DNA of 64,000 nucleotides from Anthoceros angustus (taxonomy: Eukaryota; Plantae; Anthocerotophyta). Every line of letters starts with the position of its first letter. Position 1 is the first letter of the stretch. The notes beneath the pieces are model-generated. The model ran no database searches. It was given only the letters and a program-made list of their open reading frames with translations, and was not told the DNA's origin. Location of the stretch: assembly GCA_010909165.1 (NCBI GenBank), contig MU008229.1, forward strand, positions 1 to 64,000, given 5' to 3'. The position numbers were made by a program, and so were the translations under genes. Of the stretch, positions 12,343 to 24,267 are shown piece by piece.

Positions 12343-13840
12343 TCAGTCATCGGATTCCTCATGGTCTTCAAATAGCTGATCCACAGAATCCAGGATGACA
12401 CGAGGCCTGCCTCCACGTTCCCTAGACTGAAAATCTTCATCCTCATTCTCAAAGTCGCCCTGGAATGAAACAACGGATCAAGCTTCGAGTTGCAGTGAAA
12501 AGAACTTGCACGATCCTAAGGAGCTTAACAAATAGCTACATACCTGGGTGGGCAGTGTTCACTGGCTAGTTCATGCCTATCCTTACAGCTTTGTATGCAA
12601 ACCTCCTACCACAGTCGGGGAACTTGCAAACAAATGGCTTTATCTCTTTGTGCACAGCTTTCATGTGAATGGTCAGATTGGATCTCTGCACAAGAGAAGA
12701 ACGTATCACAGCAGATCCCCATGCTGACAAAGAGAGATAAGAAGGAAGAGGCTACTGGTGGCGGTGTGAATACTTTTGTATAGCTGTGTTGGCAGCCCGG
12801 GAAGGACAAGGAAGCCTCTGCTGTGAATCGGCATGCAATTTGTGGTGCTTGATCTGTAACTTCTTAGGGACTGACATTCCACACACCTCACAAGCAAAAT
12901 ACCGATGCGAGGTACTCATGTGCTTTTGGAGAGCCTCATAATCAGTAAATGACTCGCAGCCAGGGAAGAACAAGGATATAATTTATGCTTCTTGCCTGAT
13001 ATCACATTACATCACGGTCATCAACTGCTCTGCTTGACAGGGGCAAGAGATGACTACTAGCATCTGAGGTAAAGAATTCTGATAAGGAAATGCCGTGCAA
13101 AATCAAGTACAGTGCCATATACTCACTCCTCGTCTCAACTGTTACTGACCATGAACCTTGAGTTTGTGTTGCCGAAGATGTGCCGAAAATTCGAAGGCTT
13201 GTAGACAGGCAGGCTCCTCGCAGACGAAAGGCTTCTCTTCCACGGTCACTCGCTTTCCAGAACGCTGCAGATAGTCACCTTTCATTTGATGAAGCTTCGT
13301 GTGTCGCTTGAGGTTTGAAACAAGGGTGAAAGAAGCACTACATCCCTCCCAGGTACAGAAGAACAGCTGCCCACTGTGAAGCACCATGTGACGTTTTAGG
13401 TGATCTGGACGCTTGTACTTGCTAGCGCAGCCAGCAATAGGGCAACAAAACACCTTCTGCTAACACAAAGTTGGAAGGACGTCAGACAGCTTTTCTCATG
13501 CCATGCCCAGACGGGCCAGTCGGAAATAAATAAACAGCATCCAAACAGAGCAGAAACCTTCAACTTGCCTCTGTGGCATGGCACAACATGTGCTGCTTGA
13601 GGTTGGAGGGCTTGACGAAAGATTCTCCGCATTCAGAACAAGGGTGCCGCTTACGTTGCTTAACTTGCTTTTGGGTGAGGAAGGCTCGTCGAGAAAGTGG
13701 GCAGTGTCATAGTCCGGATCTGCAGCATCGTCACAGTCTGTCTCCAAGTCATCAGGTCCAGGACGTGAACTTCCGTCTATCTCCTGCCCGTTTTCGAAAG
13801 AGATATCCGTTTGCACCTCTCTTTCTTGAATCTCTGTCAT
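12343..13840 (-). CDS. TFIIIA: Transcription factor IIIA (multi-C2H2 zinc finger), multi-exon, with apparent 1-bp frameshifts
   Basis: Fingers HPCSECGESFVKPSNLKQHMLCH, FCCPIAGCASKYKRPDHLKRHMVLH, FFCTWEGCSASF, FVCEEPAC, RSNLTIHMKAVHKEIKPFVCKFPDCGRRFAYK and C-terminal GDFENEDEDFQSRERGG follow the order of plant TFIIIA. Confidence 0.85.
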
Positions 13841-14054
13841 GGTATGCAAATTTCCACCTTGGTGGATCGAACACGATCAGCGGTGGGCGATTAGGTCTCG
13901 CCAACCACCTTGACATGCAAACTAACAAGAATCCTGTCCTCGACCCTACGTAGATAGTCCCTGGTATAGAATCAGGGACTAAAACTGAAGACTTTGGCAG
14001 ACACAGCCAACCGAGGCACTTCACTTGCCCCACCAACGCAAGCCGCTGGCTTGC

Positions 14055-14327
14055 TCAACTGATCTTCATCTTCTTATTGGGCACCCGAGATCGCACCATG
14101 ATCACTCCCACAAACACCATCACCAGCGAGAGGAGTGTCACGCCAGCCAGCCCAGGAATGAGGACGGCGTACTCACGGGCAGGAAAGTAGTTGTGCACGA
14201 AGTGGTCACTGTCAACGAAGGGAGTGATGAGCACCCAGAAAGTGTAGTAGCTGAAGACGCTGACGCTGAACAGAAGCATCAACAGCCCAATTGCCCTATC
14301 GCCCAACTCCATGCTTGCCCACTCCAC
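14055..14327 (-). CDS. DPM2: Dolichol-phosphate mannose synthase regulatory subunit 2
   Basis: Intronless 90-aa ORF, MELGDRAIGLL...FSYYTFWVLITPFVDSDHFVHNYFPAREYAVLIPG, with two transmembrane segments. The start may be at 14312. Confidence 0.9.
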   Translation of the reverse strand: MEWASMELGDRAIGLLMLLFSVSVFSYYTFWVLITPFVDSDHFVHNYFPAREYAVLIPGLAGVTLLSLVMVFVGVIMVRSRVPNKKMKIS

Positions 14328-14721
14328 TCTCAGATCCCGCCTGCCATAACCGGCAAGCCGATACCCACAACAAGTAGCTCACCGCCCAGCACACATGGAG
14401 TCGCGAAAACCCTAACCTCAAGACCGGAATGCCGTCGCAACAACGCTGCGGCTGGACGGCTCCATCCCCTCTTGTCCAGCCAGCCCAGCGGCAAGCCACA
14501 GCAGGCAACAACGAGCCTTGGCTTGTTTCTCCTGCCGCAATTCACAGCCGATGGTTACGGCAGCTAACAGGTTGTATAGGTATAGAGTAGTACATACAAC
14601 GAAATGTTTGGCAAGTTGTTCACGGCTGGTGCATGAAAAACACACATTTAGCAAGAAACCCAGAACCTTGCCCATATTTCTTACCTTCCAGATAGGCGGT
14701 TCCGCTCCCGGTGAGGTCACC

Positions 14722-16553
14722 ATGGGCGTCAGCTCTGCCTCCAAGAAGAAAGTGATCATCGACACGGATCCCGGTGTCGGTCAGTTACTTTCCTTCCACA
14801 GGACCCAACACCGGTCCTTGTACTTTACGGCCGGTGGTGACTCAGAGACGAGAACAGCGTGGTGTGGTTGCTTGATGTGGGTTTTGCAGATGACGCCATG
14901 GCCATCTTTCTTGCTCTGGAGTCGGAGGAGTTGGATGTCATCGGGCTGACTACAACCTTTGGCAACGTGCGGACTGTGATGGCAACGCAGAATGCCCTGC
15001 ATTTGGTGGGAGTTGGTGCATGTGTGTGCTGGGCTGTGCACTTTGTTCTGGGCCCTTCGTCTGCTGACTGACTTCATCATTCCATCCCGCGGTGTAGCTC
15101 GAGGTGGCTGGTAGAGAGGACATTCCGGTTTCACAGGGGCTGCTTACTTCTCTTAGGGTAAGCTTCTCGCTCGAAGTGGGAACTCGAGCCTGCAATCCAG
15201 CGAATCAACTGTGGGGGACCCCCGATTTGGATCAGGTTACTGTGCACAAGAGCAATCACAAGCTGAGCTCGGGCTGGATTATACTCATACCAGCATGCCC
15301 GAGCTTGTATGCAGGGAGCTGCTAAAGAACGAATTGCAGATTTTGTGCACGGTGCCGATGGGCTCGGAAACACGTATCCGCCTACACCCAAGGGAAAAGC
15401 GATAGCTCTCCCGGCCCCAGACTTCCTCAATCAGAAAGTGACTGAGGAGCCTGGGATGATTACTGTCGTGGCGCTTGGGCCCCTAACAAATTTGGCCAAG
15501 GTACATGGGGATGGATTGGAAGGCCTGCCGGTTAGCAGTGTTGTGTTTCAAGCTGACAGACCCTGTTAGACAAAAGCAAAGACATCTGACTTCAGCACAT
15601 TTGGACTTTCTGTCTGCAGGCAATAGAAGATGACCCCTCGTTTGCCACGAAAGTAGCTCAGATCGTTGTTCTTGGGGAGCCTTCTTCGTCAATGGGAATG
15701 TCAATCCCGCTGCCGAAGCAAATGTGAGTTCCACTTGTTGTTTAGACAATGATATGTCGAACTATTGGAGTTTGTGAAAATGGAGGCGATTGATATCTCG
15801 TTGTTTGTGGCAGATTCTTGGAGACCCGGAAGCTGCCGACATTGTCTTCACTTCCGGTGCTAATATCTTGGTTGTGGGCCTCAACATCACCCATCAGGTG
15901 CTGTTGACAGGTATGGATTGTAGACGTGCCTGTGCAGGCATGTCATGATAGTTGCTGCAGGGCATGGGCATAGAGGTGTTGACAAATGTGAGGAGGGTAC
16001 GTACCTTTTTTTCAGGATCCGATCTGAAGCAATGGCAAGCAAGCAACGGCAGGTTCAGCAAGTATCTGTATGATATTTCCCAGTTCTACTTCAGTTACCA
16101 TCGAGAGGCCTATGGTATAGACGGTATGCCACATCCTTTCTCGTCCTGATGCTTTGTGATGAGACGAGGGTCATGCAGGTTGTGGCACCTACTTTTCCAG
16201 AACCTGATGTTCCGTTGTGGAATCAGCCATCTACCTTCATGATCCGACAACAGTAGTTGCTACCATAGATCCAACGCTTCTGACCTACACTGAAGGGGTG
16301 ATCAGGGTACAGCAAGATGGTATCAGTAGGGGCCTGACCATCTTCAACAGCAGCAAGAAAACGTGAGTAGGCTTCCCGTTTCGAAGGCGACCTTTTGACT
16401 ATTGTTTACACTTACTCATCTGTGTAGCATGGCGTACCGCACAGCTGGGACCCACCTACAGAGTGGAGCGGCCACCCCTCAGTGAAGGTTGGGGTGACGG
16501 TTGATGCCGAGGCAGTCGTGAGGATGATCAAAGAGAGATGCTTACATATCTAG
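14722..16553 (+). CDS. Inosine/uridine-preferring nucleoside hydrolase (NSH/URH family), multi-exon
   Basis: VIIDTDPGV-DDAMAIFLAL, GLTTTFGNV, FVHGADGLGN, VALGPLTNLA, GNVNPAAEAN, YLHDPT. One G is missing in a G-run near 15675 (LG/GAFF). Confidence 0.92.
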
Positions 16554-17039
16554 CAAGCTCTGGTGCATGAGCAAGGTCACCACCGGGCACTACATCTGCA
16601 ACTTGAAGACATCTAAGAACATCCTTGTATTTGAAGGTTGCTTTGTGGGGCTGCAATGAGCTCTCACAGTAGCCTGTTACGTAATTTCAAGAGAGGCACT
16701 GAGGATGAATAAGCGCAGCCTTCAATCAAATCTTCAACCCTGTCCACTGTAGAAGAGCACACTTTCCATTCAAGAGAATGCAGGAGCTGGACAACACCTA
16801 CAAACTTCGCAGCGTACGGATGGAGCGTGCATCAACATATCCAAAAAAGTTGGCATGACTAGCAGCCACCCCCCTTAGATTCATGCCACATGCAGGCTAA
16901 CGAGAACAAAATTGTCTCTTCATCACATCTTTGTGAACTGTTTCTACACATCCTCAAAAGCCCAGAACCCTGCACTCGCATCATAGATCATCTATCAGAG
17001 AGCCAAGTCCCTGCACTTGACAAATAGCACCGTGTCAAC

Positions 17040-17550
17040 TTCCTGAAAATCTTGGAATCCATTACACTGACAAACGGCGCTCGTGAGCAGCCGGGAGGGG
17101 GAGCCTAGACCTAGAATCTTCGAGGTAGGGGGAACAGGGACACAGACTCGGACAGCAAGACAATCGGGCCCTGGATACCCACCAGGCCTGTCCATCTGGC
17201 CTAGAGCACTAAGAACCCTAAAGCTCTGGAGAGGAATGGCAAAGCGTACCCACAATTAAGGCCGGTGAAGATAGGGAAGATGTGCTGAGTCGAGACACCA
17301 GGAGGGCCGTGGCCATGGCGCTGTGAAGCGGCAGCAGAGACTGCGCGCCCGCAATGCAGCTTGACCCGGGTCTTCGAGGTCGAAAAAAGGATCCGGAACT
17401 TGCAGCGGACGAGCTGTCCGCCGCTCGCATCCTGGGAAGCTGCGCTTCTACTCTACATAGCGAGTGGCAGCCACGCGATGAAGAAGTCTGGCATGCTCGA
17501 GCTACAGACGCCAAGGACCGCTGCGCCGCTCTCGTCACCGCCCCCGCCAT
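17040..17550 (-). CDS. NUCLEAR FUSION DEFECTIVE 6-like small organellar protein; 3' end uncertain
   Basis: MAGAVTRAAQRSLAS... transit-peptide-like start, and CIAGAQSLLPLHSAMATALLVSRLS matching the NFD6-family motif. Donor site at 17249. Confidence 0.7.
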
Positions 17551-18271
17551 GGATGGGATTTGCCACGATCTCTGATCACAAGTCAACCTCGCAAGCCCTA
17601 CTTTTACTTGGAGTAGGTCTTCGGAACACCGATGTGCTCGACAACTTCTGAGAGCACATACATATGAGAGAATAGTAAGGAAGGAACGAAATAATTCCGT
17701 TGCAAGCAAATTATGGTGAGATAAATTACATGGGTAGTATCATCATCTGGAACACAAAGAGTTCACGATAAGAGCTTCCAATTGTTGTTTGTCTACAAAC
17801 TCTAGTGGCCGCTATGAGGACAGACCGGAATCAACGCTTTCCATCTGCTCAGGAGCCATTTCGCTCGGCAGATGATGGTTGCAGTACATGTGTATCTCCT
17901 CCTACACTCTATCCGGAGCTCGCCTAGTTACATAATGATTGCAAACTGCAACTCCTAGGAGCTAAAATGTGTCTCTCACGGGTTCGCTGCTCCTGTTCCC
18001 TGCAAGCCAGGAGCAGCATGGCCACAGCGCAAGCCCGTCAGAAGCGCTCATGATCAACTACTACTCTCAGATAGGCAGGCAATGCGACCTTCGGGGAAAC
18101 TTGCATGCATGAGCTCGAGGAGTATACCTTCTCAGTGTGCGTCATCAGCTGGACGTCGACGCCATGCTGCTCCAGATGAGTCCTCCAATCTAGAATAACT
18201 GTAAAGGGCTAATGGCAGCAGGTGCTACTTCTTCAGTTCTTCGCTTTGAAGACTTCACTAGACGACCAAGG

Positions 18272-21200
18272 CTACGGTGCTCGGAGACGATCTTCGAAGG
18301 GGTCTCTTTCCCTGCTGTGGTTGGCACTGTGGTTGGTTATAGATAGCCGCGAACCTCTCCGGCTGATGGCAGGAGTACTGCTCTTGAACCCGAGCAACGA
18401 CCTGAACGGCTGCAGGCAAAATCCATCAAAGAATTTATCAGAGTGCATACAAGAACGTACTTCCCCGAGGCCAGATCCATAACTACAATGGGAAAGCTCA
18501 TACTTGAATTCGTCAAGATTCTTACCAGACAAGCCATGGCGCAATTCATGGCCGTGCTCCGGGGCTTGTCGATCTCCGCCTCCACATTCGACAGTCTTCT
18601 CAGCAAGGCAGGGCCGCCGTTCAACACGTTGGCCGGGGGCTGCATGCTCTCGTCAAAGGAATTGTTCACCGTGTGCCGAGTGGAATGGACCGAAACCGTC
18701 CCGCTCCTCGTCAGCCGGGGCCCGAAGCTGAGATTCCGACTGCTCCCCGAACCGATGTGCGAACCTTCGGGGTCGCTCCCCTCCCCTCTAACATCTGCGA
18801 AAGGTCACATCACCCCACACAAACATGAGTGCAGCGTGAAACAATGATGACGTGAGACGTGAGACAGCGACAGCACATGGACACGGGCCGTGACTCGCCA
18901 CATCATTGTCCAAACCGGGACCTCCATAACATCATAACAAACAACCTTCCTTACCGAGCAGCCCGCTGTTCTTCTGGCTGGCGCTGGAACTGAGCTTGGC
19001 GACGACATGAACCTGCGGGCTGGCGGAAGGAGTGGATCCAGCAGAGCCGGGGAAGACGAAGGTGGACGCAATCGGAGAGATGGCGTACAAGCTCTCGTCC
19101 ACAGTATGCACAACCTCATCAGCCCGCTCCTCGAAGCTGAAATCGTCCTCGTCGAAGCCGTCTTCTCCTGCATAGATGATCCTCCCGTTCTTGATCATCG
19201 GCTCGCCCTTCAAGCTCCCGAACGGATTCCGCACTTTCTTAAATCCGCTCCCTGGAACCGCAGAGATCTCCCTGTCCGACTCCACCTGCTCATCCGCTGA
19301 GCTGCCAGGAGCACTCCGATCCGAGTTCTTCCCGCCATAGCCACTGGTCGGCGAGCTCGGCCCCGAGCTCACCCCAGCCCCGTTCCCGAACGTGAGCTCT
19401 CCCGAATTCTTTCTGCTGTCAGCCCGGGAAGTAGGCGCCGTGTGGAACACATCTCGGTCCGGCGAGGTCGACAAGGAGCCCGTGGTCGGGCGAGTGGAGA
19501 TCTGCACGCGCCCCAGCTCCCCCGACACGGGCCTGGAGTGGCTCGGCATCGGCGTCTGCGTCATCATCCTGCCGAGCTCCCCGGACACCTGCCTCGAGCC
19601 TCCCGTCTTGAGAATTCCAGGAACCGGCATCCCCAGCTCCCCCGACACATGCCTGGACCCCATCTTGTGCATGGCGCCGAGCTCCCCCGAGACCTGCCTG
19701 GAGCCGCCCTTGAGAATGCCGGGCACAGTGAGCCCCAGCTCGCCCGACACATGCCGGGATCCCGATGGCCTCATCAACCCCAGCTCCCCGGACGCCTGCC
19801 TGGGCGGCCTCCCGTGGTGCTGGTGCAGCTCTTGGGACATTTGCCGGGAGCTGGGCCTCGGCGGCTTCCCTAGCTCCGTCGAAGCCCGCCGAGCCTTGGC
19901 GTTGATCCCCGCATCCGCTGCGTCTCGTACTCCAGGTCGCTCAGGTCGGCGTCGTCCGGATCGAAGGTGTCCAGCGACTCCTGCCCTCTCTGCGACGGGC
20001 TCCCGGCCGACCACGAGTTGGTATGCTGCTTCCTCCGCGTCCTGCTGCCACCCAGAATGCTGCCCGGGTTCTTGGTGATGCTGCTGGGCAGCGGGTGCAC
20101 CCGCCTCGACACGCTCGCATTGCTCCCCCAGCTGCTGGGCTCCGAGAGCTCCTCTCCTGCTCCATCCCGACACCAAATCGCCCACAACAAACAGACAGCA
20201 AACATGAATCCGGCTATCTTGAAAGCACAAATCATCCATCCGGCCATGCATGCTTCCGAAACAACCCAACACCATCAATCATCCTCGCTTGCATTACATA
20301 GCATGGCATGGCATAGCATCGCAAGTCAAGCATCCTTCCCGGACAACCCCCAACACAGCCAATCATCCTCGCTTGCATTGCATAAAAGCATAACCGAGCA
20401 TCGCACTGCAAATCAAGCATGCTTCCCAAACAACCCAATACCGTCAATAAATAATCCTCTCCTGGCTTGGCATGGCATTGCCAAACAAAACAAACATACC
20501 CACATCATCCAAACAACCCAACACCATCAATCATCCTCCCATCCACTGCATTGCATTGGCAGCAAACAAAGCAGACATACCAGCATCATCCCACAGGGCG
20601 TCCTGGTCCGACTCGTGATCATCCGCGCTGTAATTCTCCTTTCCGTTCCTCCTCGGCACGCTCCTCTTCCCTGGAATCCATCCCGGTGAGAGTCACCAGA
20701 TGCTGCGCCATCTGCGCCCCGCCGACGCTCCCAGGCCGCCTTGGGGAGCAGCACTGACCTTCTTGGCAGGGGACTGCTGCGGGAGGGCCCGTGGGGGCGG
20801 GGCAGTGGGGAGGGGAGTAGGCGGGCTGGTGGGCGATTCCGGCGGTCCAGGATGCTCACAGGGCTGGACTCCTCCTCCCCGTTGTCGAACGTCACCACCA
20901 AGTCCGTCTCGTAGAAGCTCACCCTCTTGGCCTTGGGGAGGAGCCGGTGCAGGAGCCGGCTGGGGAGGAGGCGGCGGAGCGAGGCTTCAACTGCCCAGAG
21001 AACTTCCCAGCCAGGATGCTCCTCATCTTGTCCGTGATGGACTTCTCCTTGGCGGCAGCAGCGTCCCTCTCCATAGCCGCCCTGGCCGCCGCCGCAGCGG
21101 CAGCAACCACCCCGGGGGGCGGGGTGAGCGGCCCCGACAGGCTGATGGTCTTCCCGCCCACCGTCGTCCTGAATCCCGGCTCCTCTTCCTTGTACTTGCT

Positions 21201-22285
21201 CACCCCGGGCTCCTGCTCCCACTTGAAGGGCACCGCGCCCGATCTCCGATTCCCCGAGTCCGTCCGCACCGGATTCTTGAGCTCCCCGGACTTGCTCAGC
21301 CTGGCGGTGAGGATCTCGGCGCCCACGTCCAAGTCCAGCTCGATCTTGGGCTCCTTGGAGCTCCGGGTCTCCTTCTCCGGCACCTCGTCTCGCCCACTCC
21401 GGTACTCCTCCTTCAGCCGCCCGAGCGCGCCCTCCAGCTCCAGCTCCCGCTCCCGCTCGGGATCCAGATCAGGATCCGGGCCCAGCAGGAAGCCGGTCTT
21501 GGCCTGGATGAGGAAGCTGCTCTTGGCCTCGATCTGCGCCATGCGCGCCTCCACGTAGCTGTTGCTCTGCACGATCACGTCCTTCTCCACCTCCTCCAAG
21601 CCCTGCTCCGGATCCTCCTCCTCCGACTCCAGATCCCCCCGCTCCTCTTCCTCCGAGTGCTCATCCTGGGTCTCCAAATTGGGCTGGAAGCGGCATGCGA
21701 CCGAGCATGCTGCGATTTCCCAGCCTGCCCCGGCGACGAAGATCTCCTCCGCTGCTGCTGCTGCTGCTGGTTGCTGTGCGCGGCTGTCCGTACCGACGTC
21801 GCCTGCGGCTGCGGCAGTGGCACCGGCACCGGAGGATCCTGAGATCTGTCAGCCGGGGACGAGATGGACTTGCTCAACCTCGGGCAGCTGCTACCGGTGC
21901 TCCTGCTCCTGTTCCTCCTCTCCTCAGCTCCCCGGATCTCCTTGACGCCGCGCTGGGGTAGGTTCCCATGGTCATCTCCCCGACTTGGCCTGCTCCTCCC
22001 GACGGGGCGAACAAGAGGTCCCCGACCTGGCTGCTCCCGGCCTCCTGAGCTCCCCGACCTGGCCATGTTGGAGAACCCGCGGCCCAGCTCCCCGGACCGG
22101 CCCGACCTGGGGTTCACGTTGCTGAAGCCGCGGCCGAGCTCCCCGGACTTGCCGCTCGCTTTTCCCGTCTCCGGAAGCTTGGGCTTGGCTGCCGGCACGG
22201 GGACTTCATCCCAGTCCGGGGCCTGGGGTGGGGAGCTGGAGTCACGAGGGTGGCTCAGATCCGCCAACGCACTCTCCAGCAACAT
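18272..22285 (-). CDS. Large low-complexity protein with a DUF688-like VPFKWEQEPG motif and repeated SGELG motifs; multi-exon, frameshifted
   Basis: Chain of minus-strand ORFs 21575-22294, 20919-21677, 20527-21222, 18932-20278, 18337-18669 and 18272-18544. Contains SGAVPFKWEQEPG, KAKRVSFYETDLVVTFD and a spliced C-terminus MNCAMACL|PFRSLLGF. Confidence 0.65.
20200..20600. repeat. Degenerate intronic repeats of about 85 bp
   Basis: CAACACCATCAATCATCCTCGCTTGCATT-like blocks recur near 20270, 20350, 20440 and 20520. Confidence 0.6.
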
Positions 22286-22769
22286 GGTGAGCACCTCCCT
22301 CCCTCACAAGATTCCTCCTCCCTTTCCGAGATTCAACACTTGGTGCAATTCCTCCAAATTGCTACAGCCCGCCGGCGCCCATCACAGCCCCTGCATTGCG
22401 CGCTCCCCGGCTCCTGCAGCAGAGAGGGTGGTGGAAGAGCGGAGCCCTGCTTCCTCCCGGCACGGCATGCAAAGACATTATCCTCCCGATTCCCTGCTCT
22501 CTCTCTCTCGAGATGGGGACGGAGGGGGAATTGGATTCAGCAAGGGCAATGCGGGAGGCTGCGAGGCTATCTTAGCGAGGGTGGAGTGGGGAGGGGAGTG
22601 GGGGAATCTGATGAGTGGATTGTTTGAGGTGGATAAGCTGCAGAGAGGAAGAGAGGAAGGATGGGGTGGCAGAAAGCAGGTGCATGCAGCTGCGCAAGGC
22701 AGGCACGCAGGGGCAGGCGAAGCGCGAGGGAAGCAGAGCGCGCGACGCACACGAGAGCCGGAGCCGGAA

Positions 22770-23731
22770 CATGGACGATCCTCTCCCGCACGGCCCGCAC
22801 AGCTCACACAGTGGAGAGAATAGCAGCTATCGCCCAGCTTCCGACGCCGAGGAGGGCGGGAACGCCTCCGGTAGGTCCGGCCCGGTCCGGCCCGCCGCCG
22901 GACCTACTTCCGGCGGCCAACAGGCAACGGCAACGGTCGCCGGGGCCCCGCTCGGCGCCGGGGCCCGGCCCCGGAAACGTGGCCACGACCTCGACCTCCA
23001 CCCGGGCTGCTTAAGTGAAATGTTTAACTTCGTTTCGCCCCACGCATTACTGATGCGCGCTAATCGCCGGCTGTGCCAGCGCCCCGCTGTTAAGTTAGTA
23101 ACGGGGCCCGGAAATAGCAGGCGGACGTGGGAGGCGGCGATTTTGAGGCCGCGCAGGGTCCATGGTGCGGCACGTCTTCCACTTCGAGGAATCCGGTCCC
23201 GCCGTTTCCATCGCGCAAAATGCTGGTAAGGCACGAGTCGTGATGCGTGAATGTGTGCGCCTGGAAGGAGACGCGATCCGCGACTCGCGTCGCGGTGAAC
23301 AGGGATGCGATGATGCGATGCTCTTCCCGGCGCATTTGTTGCGGCAGCACCTGAGACGGATGCTGCGCGCAGAGGAGACCCATGAGAACGGGATGGGCGC
23401 ACAACGGGATCTCGAGAAAAGTGGTTCACCTTCTGACGCGGTCTCCGAAGCGAGAGACCGCAAACCGTTTTGTGTGGACTGATATCGGCGGTGCACACTT
23501 CCCGCTGCCGTCCTATCGCGTTCCGACAAGTTGTTGACCAGGCGTGCGGGTCTGGCATCTGAGGGCATGGAGGACTTGGAGACTCCAGATTTTCACATAC
23601 TTCGATGCAGGTTGCATTGGTCAACTTGGGAGGCAGAGCACAGCATCCGGGACTTCTTCACACGGAACCCATCTGATGATGACCGACTTCTGAGTCCCGG
23701 GTGTGTGATGCACATACACACAAAGGAGTGA
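22770..23731 (+). CDS. Hypothetical gene divergent from the 22285 gene; structure unresolved
   Basis: GC-rich ORFs at 22615-23229 (ATG 22770), 23162-23482 and 23531-23731. No recognised domain. Confidence 0.25.
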
Positions 23732-24267
23732 TGGACTGACTTGTGTCTAGGGGATGTCACCACAACAGTGTTGTAGCGCTGCTCACCTTCGAAAGAGCAG
23801 CGTTCTACCAGCTTCCATTACAACTTGCGAGCCTCTCACAGGACAGCCGCTTTCTGCCCTGACCCCGGATTCTGTGCCGGTGCGCCATGGCTGGAAGGTT
23901 CCTGGCCAGCATCACACGACTTGTCAGCGGCTACCAGGCTCGCAGCTTCAAGTTCACACACACGGCTTTCCAGCAAGCAGGATGAAAGGAAACATACCGG
24001 CTTTAGACCACACTGTAGCCCTAAGCGTTCTCCGGCAGGATGGCACTGGCGGGATTCCCCAAACGGACATCCAGAGCACGGAGGTGGCACCATGCTACAT
24101 TGTGGCTCGAGTCTCCACGCCTACGTCCTAGTCCAGGTTCCTGCCTCCTGCCTCCTGCACCTGCTTCTGGTGGACACCGTCGTACCTGTTTCTCCCGAGT
24201 TACTGGAATCAGGGTGAACCCACACTTAAATTGGGGTTCGTCCTCCGTAAGCTTGCCGGTAACCACT

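Noticed and set aside
19392-22823. Long plus-strand ORFs (for example 20700-21842 and 21864-22823)
   Set aside because: Antisense shadows of the GC-rich minus-strand gene.
22990-23040. GCLSEMFNF as a TRM/LONGIFOLIA-type N-terminal motif
   Set aside because: Weak similarity, no VARLMGL motif found, and the segment may be intronic.
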